Source: Solirubrobacterales bacterium (GTDB lineage Bacteria > Actinomycetota > Thermoleophilia > Solirubrobacterales > JACPNS01). From it: a DNA stretch of 55,185 nt. This document shows, piece by piece, positions 10,078-19,032 of this stretch. The stretch is from assembly GCA_049276635.1 (NCBI GenBank), contig JBASWU010000068.1, positions 1 through 55,185 of the forward strand, in the 5' to 3' direction. Position 1 is the stretch's first letter; the number at the start of each line of letters is the position of its first letter. A model generated the notes under the pieces. That model was not told where the DNA came from and did no database searches. It saw nothing but the letters and a program-made list of their open reading frames with translations. The position numbers and the translations under genes were made by a program.

Positions 10078-10425
10078 TCAGTCCATCAGGTACTCGAACG
10101 CCTCGACCGGGTCCGAGAAGATCATCAGCGCGTCGTCGGTCGTGACGAGCCGCCCGTAGTGCGTCGACATCTCGTGCTGAATCGCGTAACCGTCAATTTC
10201 GAACCCGAGCTCAGCGCCGACCTCGTCGTAGTCGATGATCAGCCGGTCCTTGGCGCGGATGTCCCAGAACGACGGCTGCTCGATGACTTCGACCCCGTCG
10301 CGCCCGCGCATCGCATCGGCGACCGCGTCGCCCTCCTCGCTCTTGGCCATCACGATTCCGACGTAGTCGTAGGACTTGTTTTCTGGATCAGGAGTCATCC
10401 CGGAACCACCGGCGGCCGCGCTCAT
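10078..10425 (-). CDS. Soluble di-iron monooxygenase coupling/effector protein (MmoB/DmpM family; PrmD/MimD/ThmC position)
   Basis: Start at the ATG at 10423-10425 (MSAAAGG...) overlaps the upstream stop as ATGA. About 115 aa with a typical MmoB-like core (YVGIVMAKSEEGDAVADAM...IEQPSFWDIRAK...IDGYAIQHEMSTHYGRLV). The longer ORF N-terminus is Arg-rich. Confidence 0.85.
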   Translation of the reverse strand: MSAAAGGSGMTPDPENKSYDYVGIVMAKSEEGDAVADAMRGRDGVEVIEQPSFWDIRAKDRLIIDYDEVGAELGFEIDGYAIQHEMSTHYGRLVTTDDALMIFSDPVEAFEYLMD

Positions 10426-11492
10426 TGGGCTACCTCGACCGGAGCCTTGCCGCACGATTCCAGTAGCTCCGCCTGCTCTCCGCGGCAGACCTCGAGCGAC
10501 CGGGCAAAATCGCTGTCGCCGGGCAGTGAGTCGAATACGGCGCTCAACCCTTCGGCGGCCACCTCGACCTCTGGCAACCACTTCGCGCGCCACTCTTCAA
10601 GTACGCCGAGGTTGTGATCGCCGAAGGCCTCGTCGGCGACGACGAATTTCATCATGTCGCCGGTCCACGCGCTCGCCCATTCCCACTCCAGCTCGACGCC
10701 GGTGCAAAGCGACGGGGTGATCGAATCACCGTTGGCCGGCGCCTGTCTCATCAGCAGTTCGCGGTTGAGCAGCCGGCCGATCAACGGCTCAAAGCAGACA
10801 TTGACGGCGAAGATGACCTCGCCCCAGTCGGCCGTGGCCCGGAAATGCTCGACCAGCCGGCGTACCGGCTGCCATTTCTCGTCCTCGAGAAACGCTCGCT
10901 TCGACTCCTCGATATCGAATACTCCGAAGGCCCCCTCGATGTCCATCGCGTATAGAACCGGCGCCTGCGCCTGCCGCTGTTTCATTGCCGCCTCTAGCGC
11001 GACGCAGTGCGCCAGACCGTCTGACAGGCAGTCGCGCGCGATCGTCGCCGTCGCCAGCCATATGCCCTGCGCTACGAATGATGTGACCTGCAGATTCGCG
11101 CGCAGAAACTCAACCCACTCCGGCGCAAAGTCCTCGAGCAGGTGTCCCTGCTGGCCGGCGTTCAAGGAGTTCTCGATCTGCCGCTCGAAACCGCTGCCGT
11201 CCTGAAAATACGGTCGTTCCCACATCTGGCCGGGATCGCGGAACGCGAACCAATCGCTCGAGCGCAGACGCGTCGACTCGTCGCTCCACGTGCCGCGGCC
11301 GTCCTCGAAACACACGGGCCAGCCGCGGTCGACGTGGCGGTGAACCGACGGCTGCGTGTCGACGGTGACGTCCTCGTAGAGCGTGGCCCGTCGTTTGGCC
11401 GGCGTGTACCACTGGAAGGTGCGATCGGCGTCGTCGCCTCGCTGGGGCGTCGGCGCATTGTCGGAGAACTTCTTGATTGGCTGGTCGGTCAT
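10422..11492 (-). CDS. Soluble di-iron monooxygenase hydroxylase beta (small) subunit
   Basis: Start MTDQPIKKF at 11492, overlapping the reductase stop (ATGA). About 356 aa with a beta-subunit-like sequence (WYTPAKRRATLYEDV...FRDPGQMWERPYF...). Sits between the reductase and the coupling protein. Confidence 0.85.
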   Translation of the reverse strand: MTDQPIKKFSDNAPTPQRGDDADRTFQWYTPAKRRATLYEDVTVDTQPSVHRHVDRGWPVCFEDGRGTWSDESTRLRSSDWFAFRDPGQMWERPYFQDGSGFERQIENSLNAGQQGHLLEDFAPEWVEFLRANLQVTSFVAQGIWLATATIARDCLSDGLAHCVALEAAMKQRQAQAPVLYAMDIEGAFGVFDIEESKRAFLEDEKWQPVRRLVEHFRATADWGEVIFAVNVCFEPLIGRLLNRELLMRQAPANGDSITPSLCTGVELEWEWASAWTGDMMKFVVADEAFGDHNLGVLEEWRAKWLPEVEVAAEGLSAVFDSLPGDSDFARSLEVCRGEQAELLESCGKAPVEVAQ

Positions 11493-12544
11493 GTGGCCGT
11501 ACTCCCTTTTTCGTCGGTGGCGCCGGCGGCGGTTGTGAACTTGTCGAAGAAGATCCGGCTCTCGTCGATCGAGAACCGCTCGGTCAGTAGCTCGGTCAAT
11601 GCGTCGACCATCGGCGGCGGCCCGCAGGTGTATGTCTCCACGGTCTCCGCGCCGACGGCGTCGAGATACCTGCCGGCGGCCTCGTGGACGAAACCGCGCT
11701 CGCCGGCCCACTCCGAGTCGGCACCGGCCTCCGAGAGCACTGCGCAGAATTCGAAATGGGGCAGGCTCTCGCCGAGCACGGCGATCTCGTCAACATAAAA
11801 GAGATCCGCCTCGGTGCGCGCGCCGTAGAAAAAGCGAATCGGTCGCTCGGACCCGGCGCCGGCGAGCTGACGCAGCAACGATAGGACCGGCGCCATGCCG
11901 GAGCCGCCGGCGACGAGCAAGATCGGGTTCTCGCTTTCGCGCAGCCGAAACGATCCAAATGGCCCGGTGAATTTCAGCTCGTCGCCGGGCTTGAGCTCGC
12001 CGTCGAGCAGAGCCGAGAAACGTCCACCGGGGTAGCATTTGATCATCAGCTCAATCCCCTCGCCGGCTGCGTTCGCCATCGAAAACGACCGCCTCTCTTC
12101 CGAGCCAGGCACCCACAGATCAACGTACTGCCCGGGGATGAAATCGAAATCCGCCGGTTCGCTGACATCGAGTTTGAGGCCGACGATATCGTGGGTCAGG
12201 CGTTCGATCGAAGTGACCGTGGCGACGCCGTCGCGGATCGGTACGTCGAGGCGGTAGTTGTCCGGGTCGTAATGCAGCAGCTCGACGACGAGATCGGTGT
12301 CGGGCATCGCGCGGCAGAGCAAGGTGTAGCCCTGGCTTTCCTCGGTGTCCGAGAGGGCAAAAGTCGAATACGGCTTCAGTGTGACCTCGCCTTCGAGCAG
12401 GAAGCACTTACAGGCCGAGCACTGCCCCTCGCGACAGCCGTAGACGAGGTTGTAGCCATGCCTAAAGGCCGCGTCGAGGACCGTTTCGTCTTCGTCGCAG
12501 TCGATCTGCTCGTCGATCGGGTCGATCGTAACTCGTGGCGTCAC
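11489..12544 (-). CDS. Monooxygenase NADH:ferredoxin oxidoreductase component ([2Fe-2S] ferredoxin plus FNR-like FAD/NAD domain)
   Basis: 351 aa. Plant-type ferredoxin motif CREGQCSACKC...LLC, FAD motif RSFSMA, NAD motif LLVAGGSGMAP, C-terminal CGPPPM. Confidence 0.9.
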   Translation of the reverse strand: MTPRVTIDPIDEQIDCDEDETVLDAAFRHGYNLVYGCREGQCSACKCFLLEGEVTLKPYSTFALSDTEESQGYTLLCRAMPDTDLVVELLHYDPDNYRLDVPIRDGVATVTSIERLTHDIVGLKLDVSEPADFDFIPGQYVDLWVPGSEERRSFSMANAAGEGIELMIKCYPGGRFSALLDGELKPGDELKFTGPFGSFRLRESENPILLVAGGSGMAPVLSLLRQLAGAGSERPIRFFYGARTEADLFYVDEIAVLGESLPHFEFCAVLSEAGADSEWAGERGFVHEAAGRYLDAVGAETVETYTCGPPPMVDALTELLTERFSIDESRIFFDKFTTAAGATDEKGSTAT

Positions 12545-12574
12545 CGCGGGTTCCGTCCCGTCATCCGGCCAGGA

Positions 12575-14197
12575 CTAAAGAAGGGCTTCGCTGGCGTCGG
12601 CCGAGCTCGGAATCAGCAGGTCCGATTCCTCTGACGCCGTATGCCAGTTACCGCTGGGCAGACCCTGCGACTCGGCGTAGGCGATGTTCGGGCTGGTGAT
12701 CTCAAGGCCGATCGAGCGAATGTCGTCGAGTGTCCAGCGATCGTCGTCTTTGAGATGGGGCTGCGCGAGCAGTGTCTTGCCGTCCCGGCGCACAAAGCCG
12801 AGATCGCTGACGACCTCCGACAGCTCCATCCCGTGGTAGCGATCGAAGTAGTTTCTGTCCCCTTGATAGCGGCCGGGATTGGATTCGTCGAGCCACTGGC
12901 ATTCCTTGGAGCAGTAGAACCGCGTGCGGTCGCCGACGACGCGATGTGTGGCGTCCTCGTCGAACACGCAGGCCATCGTGCAGGTCCAGCAAAACGGCGG
13001 AGCTTCGGCCATGAAGCCGCTGAGCAGCAGCGCTTGGTCCTTGGGATCTTGAAGCTCGCGGTATGCCTCCCAGAACATCCCGTATTCGTCGTACCAGCCC
13101 GGGTACTGGTTCTCGAACCACTCGAAGTCACGCTCGTCGAGCGGATCGAAGCGCCAGAAGTGCAGCATCCAGGCGCTAAACGCGAACATCACGTTCTTGT
13201 GAATCACACCGCGCACAAGGCGATCGCGCGCGCGATCGAAGATGTCGGGCGGCACGTTGAGTCCGAGCTTGCCGAGCTTCAGCACGTAGGCGCGATACCA
13301 ATCGTCGCGGATCCAGCGATCCCACTTGTCGAGGTAGCTCTCGGGATCGGACCGGTCCTTGGAGAAGTACTCCATGATGCCGCCGGCGAACACGTCGAGG
13401 AAAGCGTGGTTGATCCACCAGGCCTGTTGCAGATCACGCTCGATCAGCGGTGCGTTGTGGTCATCCTGAAGCACCGTCAAAAGCGTCGCGTAGCCGTTGG
13501 ATATATGTCGTGCCTCGTCTGACTGCACCGACAGGTAGGTCGAAGGCAGGGTGAAGTCGCCGTTGCGCGCCGCGACGTCGGGTAGGGCGACGAAGGCGAC
13601 ATTGGTGAACGCCGTCTCGGCGACGACCTGCAAGGTGAAGGCACACTGGATCGGATCGCCGACGATGAAATGGGAGATCATGTTCAGGCCGCCGACGGTG
13701 ATCGGATCGCGCGGGAACGCCTGCTGCGCGACGTTCCAGCCGGCCGGATCCGGAACGTGCTTGGCGTACCAGCGGGCCAGGCTCATCTGCATCCCGGTGT
13801 GGCGGATTTCGTCGACGAACTGGACGTGGTAGCCGTTGCGCAACTCGTTGTTGGGAACCGCGTCGATCAGCATCGACATGCAGCGCCCGGCACCGACCTC
13901 GGCGTAGTTGGTCACCGTGACGAAGGGCTTGAGCACCTCGAGCCAGCGCTCGTGGGTCTTGCTCGTCATATCGGCCCGCAGCGCGGCGTCGTGCGACCCA
14001 TACACCCGCTCGTCCTTCTCAAGCTCCATCGGCAGGTATTCGCGCATCACGTGCTTCATCGGGTCCTTCGCGTTTTTCGGGAAGCGATAGCGACTCGGAT
14101 AGCGAATCGCCGGCTCGTGGTAGGTGGGATCCCAGCCGAGATGCGCAATGCGATCGTGTGTCTTCGTGATGCTGCGCCGTCTTGACTTCGTGCTCAT
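12575..14197 (-). CDS. Soluble di-iron monooxygenase hydroxylase alpha (large) subunit, actinobacterial group 5/6-like (PrmA/MimA/ThmA type)
   Basis: 540 aa. Two carboxylate-bridged di-iron motifs (E...DEIRH and E...SDEARH). GGAG Shine-Dalgarno 6-10 nt upstream of the ATG. Confidence 0.92.
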   Translation of the reverse strand: MSTKSRRRSITKTHDRIAHLGWDPTYHEPAIRYPSRYRFPKNAKDPMKHVMREYLPMELEKDERVYGSHDAALRADMTSKTHERWLEVLKPFVTVTNYAEVGAGRCMSMLIDAVPNNELRNGYHVQFVDEIRHTGMQMSLARWYAKHVPDPAGWNVAQQAFPRDPITVGGLNMISHFIVGDPIQCAFTLQVVAETAFTNVAFVALPDVAARNGDFTLPSTYLSVQSDEARHISNGYATLLTVLQDDHNAPLIERDLQQAWWINHAFLDVFAGGIMEYFSKDRSDPESYLDKWDRWIRDDWYRAYVLKLGKLGLNVPPDIFDRARDRLVRGVIHKNVMFAFSAWMLHFWRFDPLDERDFEWFENQYPGWYDEYGMFWEAYRELQDPKDQALLLSGFMAEAPPFCWTCTMACVFDEDATHRVVGDRTRFYCSKECQWLDESNPGRYQGDRNYFDRYHGMELSEVVSDLGFVRRDGKTLLAQPHLKDDDRWTLDDIRSIGLEITSPNIAYAESQGLPSGNWHTASEESDLLIPSSADASEALL

Positions 14198-14239
14198 CGA
14201 TTCTCCATCGATTCGTAGCAGGAACTTCCGCCCCTCCCC

Positions 14240-14251
14240 AGGGACGTCCCT
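14240..14251. promoter_or_regulatory. Perfect 12-bp palindrome AGGGACGTCCCT upstream of the monooxygenase alpha gene
   Basis: Read directly, about 43-54 nt upstream of the alpha-subunit ATG. It overlaps one copy of a CCCTAAAGA direct repeat (14248-14256 and 14307-14315). Confidence 0.35.
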
Positions 14252-14382
14252 AAAGAATACGGCACAGCCAACCCGCCCGTACGCCCCGCTGGGCTGATTT
14301 TTACCCCCCTAAAGAGGTAATGGCGGACCATCTCACTCAATTTCTGCCGCGGCCGATCGCCGGTGTAGTGCATACTGAGATG

Positions 14383-14610
14383 ATGCCGCTGTACGAATTC
14401 ACTTGCCTCAACTGCGACAAGCACTTCGATGAACTGCGCCCGTGGAGCGAAGCAGCGCCGCCGTGCCCGGTCTGCGCGGGCGATACCGCGCGGGTATTCT
14501 CGCCGTTCGTCGCCCAGGGACTCCAGCGGGCCGATCGCGCCGACTTCAGCGGTGTGCCGTTTGACCGCGCCGCTTCGTGTGGCGGCTCCTGCGGCCACAG
14601 CCACCACTGA
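14383..14610 (+). CDS. FmdB-family zinc-ribbon protein
   Basis: MPLYEFTCLNCDKHFDEL...CPVCAGD (CxxC...CxxC) and a Cys/His tail (SCGGSCGHSHH). The start could instead be the ATG at 14380. The upstream part of ORF 14320.. lacks the family N-terminus. Confidence 0.75.
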   Translation: MPLYEFTCLNCDKHFDELRPWSEAAPPCPVCAGDTARVFSPFVAQGLQRADRADFSGVPFDRAASCGGSCGHSHH

Positions 14611-14617
14611 GGAGGCG

Positions 14618-16141
14618 CTACGCCGGCGGTTCGCTGAGCAGGACGTCGTAGACCCGGCGGTCGAGCCGGCCGGAGAGATCGAGGTGCACGTTCTTGACTT
14701 CGACGTATTCGTCGAGCGCGTTGGGACCCAGCTCGCGGCCGACCCCGCTCTGTTTGTAGCCGCCGAAGGGCATCGCGCAGTTGACCATGTGTGCGTCGTT
14801 GATCCAGACCGTGCCGGCGCGAATCCGCTTGGCGAGGTCGAACCCACGTTCGTTGTCGGTGGTCCAGATCGCCGCCGCGAGTCCGTAAATCGAGTCGTTG
14901 GCGATCGACACCGCTTCGTCCTCATCCTCGTACTTGAGGACGCTCAGCACCGGACCGAAAATCTCCTCTTGGGCGATCCGCATGTCGCGGCGCACATCGG
15001 TGAAGATCGTCGGCTCGACCCAGAACCCACGCTCGAAACGCTCGCCCTCCGGCACCCCTCCGCCGAGCGCGAGCGTCGCGCCCTCCTCTACTCCGACGCG
15101 GATGTATTCGAGGATCCGGTCACGCTGCCGGGCGGAGACGATCGGCCCGAAATCGGTGTCGTAATCCATCGGATCGCCGATTTTGATCTGCCGGGCGCGC
15201 GCGACCATCCGCTCGACGAACTCGTCGTGCAGCGAGGCCGGCAGAAGCAGGCGACTGCCCGATTCGCAGGCCTGCCCGCAGTAGAGCATCCCGCCAAACA
15301 GAGCCGCGTCGATTGCGGTCTCGATGTCGGCGTCGTCGAGAACGACCACCGGAGATTTGCCCCCCAGCTCTAGCGTCACGCGCTTGACGTTGGTCGCCGC
15401 GAGGCGCATGACCTCACGTCCGACGGCGGTCGATCCGGTGAAGGCGATCTTGTCGACGTCCGGGTGCGCCGCGAGCGCCGCGCCGACCTCTTCGCCGACG
15501 CCGGTCACGACGTTCAAGACGCCGTCCGGCAGGCCGCATTCGGCGGCGATGCGGGCGAATTCAAGCGCCGTCAGCGGTGTCTTCTCGTCGGGCTTAAGCA
15601 CAAACGAGTTACCGGCCGCGAGCGCCGGGCCGAGCTTCCAGACCGCCAGCAGCAGGGGAAAGTTCCAGGCGACGACGCCGGCACAGACGCCGATCGGCTC
15701 CTTGCGAATCGTATTGGTCGAAAGCGTCGGGTAGACGATCGTCGGCTGGGGCTCCTCGAAGCGATACGTCGCCGCGGCCTCGGCGAAGTAGTGGAAGTGC
15801 GAAACCGCGAAGCCGACGTGAAATCCGCCGGCCTGGCGAATCGTCGCGCCGTTTTGCTTCGACTCGAGCTCCGACAGCTCGCCGAGTTCCTCGCTCATTC
15901 TGTCGGCGATGGCCAAGAGGATCTCGGAGCGCTCGCTGGGCATCAGGCCCGACCACACGCCCGACTCAAAACTGTCGCGTGCGGCCTGTACCGCTCGGTC
16001 GGCGTGATCGACCGTGCCGCGCGCGACCGTGGCGACAAGTTCCTCAGTCGCGGGATCGACGATCTCGAACAGCTGGTCGGAATCGACCCACTCGCCGCCG
16101 ATGAACATCTCGTAGTGCTTGACGCCGACCGTAGCCATCAT
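14618..16141 (-). CDS. NAD(P)+-dependent aldehyde dehydrogenase
   Basis: 507 aa. ALDH motifs FTGSTAVGREV, ELGGKSP and the catalytic Cys region (GQACESGSR). The start overlaps the ADH stop by 1 nt (TGATG). Confidence 0.93.
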   Translation of the reverse strand: MMATVGVKHYEMFIGGEWVDSDQLFEIVDPATEELVATVARGTVDHADRAVQAARDSFESGVWSGLMPSERSEILLAIADRMSEELGELSELESKQNGATIRQAGGFHVGFAVSHFHYFAEAAATYRFEEPQPTIVYPTLSTNTIRKEPIGVCAGVVAWNFPLLLAVWKLGPALAAGNSFVLKPDEKTPLTALEFARIAAECGLPDGVLNVVTGVGEEVGAALAAHPDVDKIAFTGSTAVGREVMRLAATNVKRVTLELGGKSPVVVLDDADIETAIDAALFGGMLYCGQACESGSRLLLPASLHDEFVERMVARARQIKIGDPMDYDTDFGPIVSARQRDRILEYIRVGVEEGATLALGGGVPEGERFERGFWVEPTIFTDVRRDMRIAQEEIFGPVLSVLKYEDEDEAVSIANDSIYGLAAAIWTTDNERGFDLAKRIRAGTVWINDAHMVNCAMPFGGYKQSGVGRELGPNALDEYVEVKNVHLDLSGRLDRRVYDVLLSEPPA

Positions 16142-17193
16142 CAGGCCGCCGGGTCGAGGACGACTTTGAGCGCTTCACGGCTGTCGAACAATTCGTAACC
16201 GGAAACGGCCTCGGAGAGTCCCATCCGGTGCGAGATGATCGTGCCCGGCTCCAGGCGACCGTCGGCGACCAGCGCCATCACCTCGTCCATCCGGCCCTGA
16301 ATGTTTGCGATGCCGGTGTGAATGGTGAGATTCTTGAGCCACATGTCCCCGATCGGGACCGTCGCCTCGTCTTCGTTGTACACACCGGGGACCGAGATCT
16401 CGCCGCCCATTCGTACGAGCGGAAAGGTCGCGGCCAGCGCCGAGGGGTGCCCGACGGCGTCGACCACAAGGTCGGCGCCACGCCACTCGGTCAGATCGAG
16501 GATGACGTCGTCGGCGGCCTGCTCGGTCGGGTTCACCGGGATCGCGCCGAGACTCTCGGCGATCTTCAGGCGCGGCGCCACCATGTCGATCGCGACGATG
16601 TTGCCGGCGCCGAGCGCCTTCGCGGCCATGATCGCGCAGAGTCCGACCGGTCCGGCGCCGATCACGGCGACCGTATCGCCCGGCCGCATCGCCGTCTTGC
16701 GAATCGCGTCGTAACCGGTGGTCATGATGTCGCCGACGAACAGCGCGTTCTCGTCGCTGACGCCATCGGGGATTTTGCGCACCGTCAGATCGGCCTCCGG
16801 CACACGCAGATACTGCGCCTGGGCACCCGGCAGATCGCCGAAGGCCATGCCCATGCCAAAGACGCCGATGCCAATGCATTTGGCCTGCTGCCCGCGCCGG
16901 CAAAACCAGCACGCGCCGCAGCAGACCATGAACGAGCCGACGACGCGGTCGCCGGCCTCTATCTGCACCACCTGGTCACCGACCTGCTCGACGGTGCCGA
17001 GGTACTCGTGACCGAGGACGAAGCCCTCCTCGATCTCCATGCGCCCGTGATAGGGATGCAGGTCCGAGCCGCAGATCGCGGTCTTGTCGACGCGCAGAAC
17101 TATGTCATTGGCGTCCTGAATCTCGGGGCGCTCGACGTCTTCAAGGCGCACGTCGCGCTCCCCGTGCAGTGTTAGGGCGGTCATCGTCGTCAT
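16141..17193 (-). CDS. Zinc-dependent alcohol dehydrogenase (MDR family)
   Basis: 350 aa. Catalytic zinc ligands (CGSDLH, GHE) and a structural zinc Cys cluster (CCGACWFCRRGQQAKC). Rossmann motif GAGPVG. Confidence 0.92.
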   Translation of the reverse strand: MTTMTALTLHGERDVRLEDVERPEIQDANDIVLRVDKTAICGSDLHPYHGRMEIEEGFVLGHEYLGTVEQVGDQVVQIEAGDRVVGSFMVCCGACWFCRRGQQAKCIGIGVFGMGMAFGDLPGAQAQYLRVPEADLTVRKIPDGVSDENALFVGDIMTTGYDAIRKTAMRPGDTVAVIGAGPVGLCAIMAAKALGAGNIVAIDMVAPRLKIAESLGAIPVNPTEQAADDVILDLTEWRGADLVVDAVGHPSALAATFPLVRMGGEISVPGVYNEDEATVPIGDMWLKNLTIHTGIANIQGRMDEVMALVADGRLEPGTIISHRMGLSEAVSGYELFDSREALKVVLDPAA

Positions 17194-17214
17194 TGTGAGT
17201 TCCTCTCGCCTGGC

Positions 17215-17622
17215 CTAAGCACTCTGGCCGGCCGCGTCCTTCTCGGCGGTCAGATCGCGGTAAATCGGAAATAGAGGCTTGGTCAACGGCACCAAGCGGA
17301 GAATCTTGTTTACCGGCCCCTTTGCGCGGACCTGTCCCTTGGCGAGACCGACCGCGAGGTTGTACTCGCCGCGCCAGAACTTGTCGGCGTCGTCGGCGCG
17401 CATGTAGAGATGTATGTCCGGCGATTCGTCGGTGTCGCCTTCGATCACCTCCATCGGCTCGGTAAAGCGGACGGTCAACTGCGAGTCCGGGTCCGTGTAG
17501 TGCAGTTGCAGAGTCACGCCAGCCGCGGCCAGCTTCGGCCCTACCGTCTCGTGCTCGGCGCCGGCGCGAAAGACCCCGCCGACATATTTGTAGAGATCGT
17601 CCGCGTTACTGAAGTACGCCAT
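17215..17622 (-). CDS. SCP2 sterol-binding-domain protein
   Basis: Start at MAYFSNADDLYKYVGGVFR (ATG at 17620-17622). About 135 aa with an SCP2-like pattern (LQLHYTDPDSQLTVRF...FWRGEYNLAVGLAKGQVRAKGPVNKILRL). 21-nt gap to the ADH gene. Confidence 0.7.
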   Translation of the reverse strand: MAYFSNADDLYKYVGGVFRAGAEHETVGPKLAAAGVTLQLHYTDPDSQLTVRFTEPMEVIEGDTDESPDIHLYMRADDADKFWRGEYNLAVGLAKGQVRAKGPVNKILRLVPLTKPLFPIYRDLTAEKDAAGQSA

Positions 17623-17865
17623 ATTGCTCCCATTCCCCAACCGGTCTGCGGCGCGCCCCGCGATCGGCCTCACGGCCATCGCGCACGGACGCGCAACGAT
17701 TCTTGACTCCAACCCCCAGCATAAATGAATCGGCCGCGCCGCGTGCCGTCCATTAGGGGTCATTAGCTGCCCCTTTCGAGCGGTCTTGTGGACCAGTCTT
17801 GCTCACACTTGGCCGATGCAGGCTTTTGATTCGCCGGGGCCAACCCATAGAGTCAGGCCAAAGCG

Positions 17866-19032
17866 ATGACGACCAGAGGCACGAAAGGCACCGGCGACCT
17901 GAACCGCCGCATCAGCGACGCGCTCGGCGCCACGACGACCAAGCCGGGCACCGGCGGCGGCGGGCATGACCGCCCGATGGCCGAACTCGAGGATCGTCTC
18001 GAGGATGCCCTCGAGGCCGCCAACCAGGCGCTGCGCGAAGCAGTCGGCACGCGGCGGCCGTCTGTGGTCGAGAAGCTCGACGTCCTGACCGAGCTTCAGC
18101 GGTTGCGCGACGAGGTTTTCGCCGAGCGCGTCACGCAGCGGCTCAATATTCTGGCGGGAATTCAACACGGCTTGGGGCGGCTGCGCAACGTCGACTCGGT
18201 GCCGGCGATCCTCGACCGCGCGACGACCGAGCTATGTCAAAGCTGCGGCTTCGACCGCGCGGTGCTCTTCCGGCTCAACGGCTCGGACATGGTCGCCGAA
18301 AGCGCCTACTTCAAGGAAGACAAGGAATGGGCCGACCGTATCGTCGCCGAGACCCACGCGAGTCCCGCGCGCCTCGACTACCTCACGCTCGAAACAGAAA
18401 TGATTCGCCGGCGCAGCCCGGCCCTGGTGCTCGACGCGCCGGGAGATCCACGCACCTACAAACCGCTGATCGAGATGACTCAGACGTCGTCATACGTCGC
18501 CGCGCCGATCATGCCCGAAGGCAGGGTCATCGGTTTTCTTCACGCCGATCGCTACTTCACCGGGCACCAGGTCGACGCGCTCGACCGCGATTCGATCTGG
18601 GCCTTCGCCGAGGGGTTCGGATACGCCTTCGAGCGCACCGCGATGCTCGAACGAATGCGGGCTAAGCAGCAGGATCTCAGAGACGCCCTCAGCTCGGCCT
18701 CGGCGCTGGTCGCCGAACTCCAGGAGACGGAACTCGACCTCGTTCGAATCCAGGTTAAGCCGGCCGAAGCGACAAGCGCGGCGATGGCGACATCCGGTCG
18801 CTCTCCGGCGATCGCCACACTCACCCGCCGCGAGGTCGATGTGCTCGAACTGATGGCCGAGGGCGCGACCAACGCCGCGATCGCCGATCGCCTGGTGATC
18901 GCCGAAGGCACGGTCAAATCACACGTCAAGCGCATCCTGCGCAAGCTCTCGGCGGCGAACCGCGCCGAAGCCGTGTCGCGCTATCTCACGCCGGCGAAGG
19001 AGCCCGGCGTCGGCCCGCGGCCCGGGCGATGA
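17866..19032 (+). CDS. GAF-domain / LuxR-type HTH transcriptional regulator
   Basis: 388 aa. Central GAF-like region (CGFDRAVLFRLNG...VAAPIMPEGRVIGFLHADR) and a C-terminal LuxR HTH (LTRREVDVLELMAEGATNAAIADRLVIAEGTVKSHVKRILRKL). The exact start is uncertain. Confidence 0.85.
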   Translation: MTTRGTKGTGDLNRRISDALGATTTKPGTGGGGHDRPMAELEDRLEDALEAANQALREAVGTRRPSVVEKLDVLTELQRLRDEVFAERVTQRLNILAGIQHGLGRLRNVDSVPAILDRATTELCQSCGFDRAVLFRLNGSDMVAESAYFKEDKEWADRIVAETHASPARLDYLTLETEMIRRRSPALVLDAPGDPRTYKPLIEMTQTSSYVAAPIMPEGRVIGFLHADRYFTGHQVDALDRDSIWAFAEGFGYAFERTAMLERMRAKQQDLRDALSSASALVAELQETELDLVRIQVKPAEATSAAMATSGRSPAIATLTRREVDVLELMAEGATNAAIADRLVIAEGTVKSHVKRILRKLSAANRAEAVSRYLTPAKEPGVGPRPGR

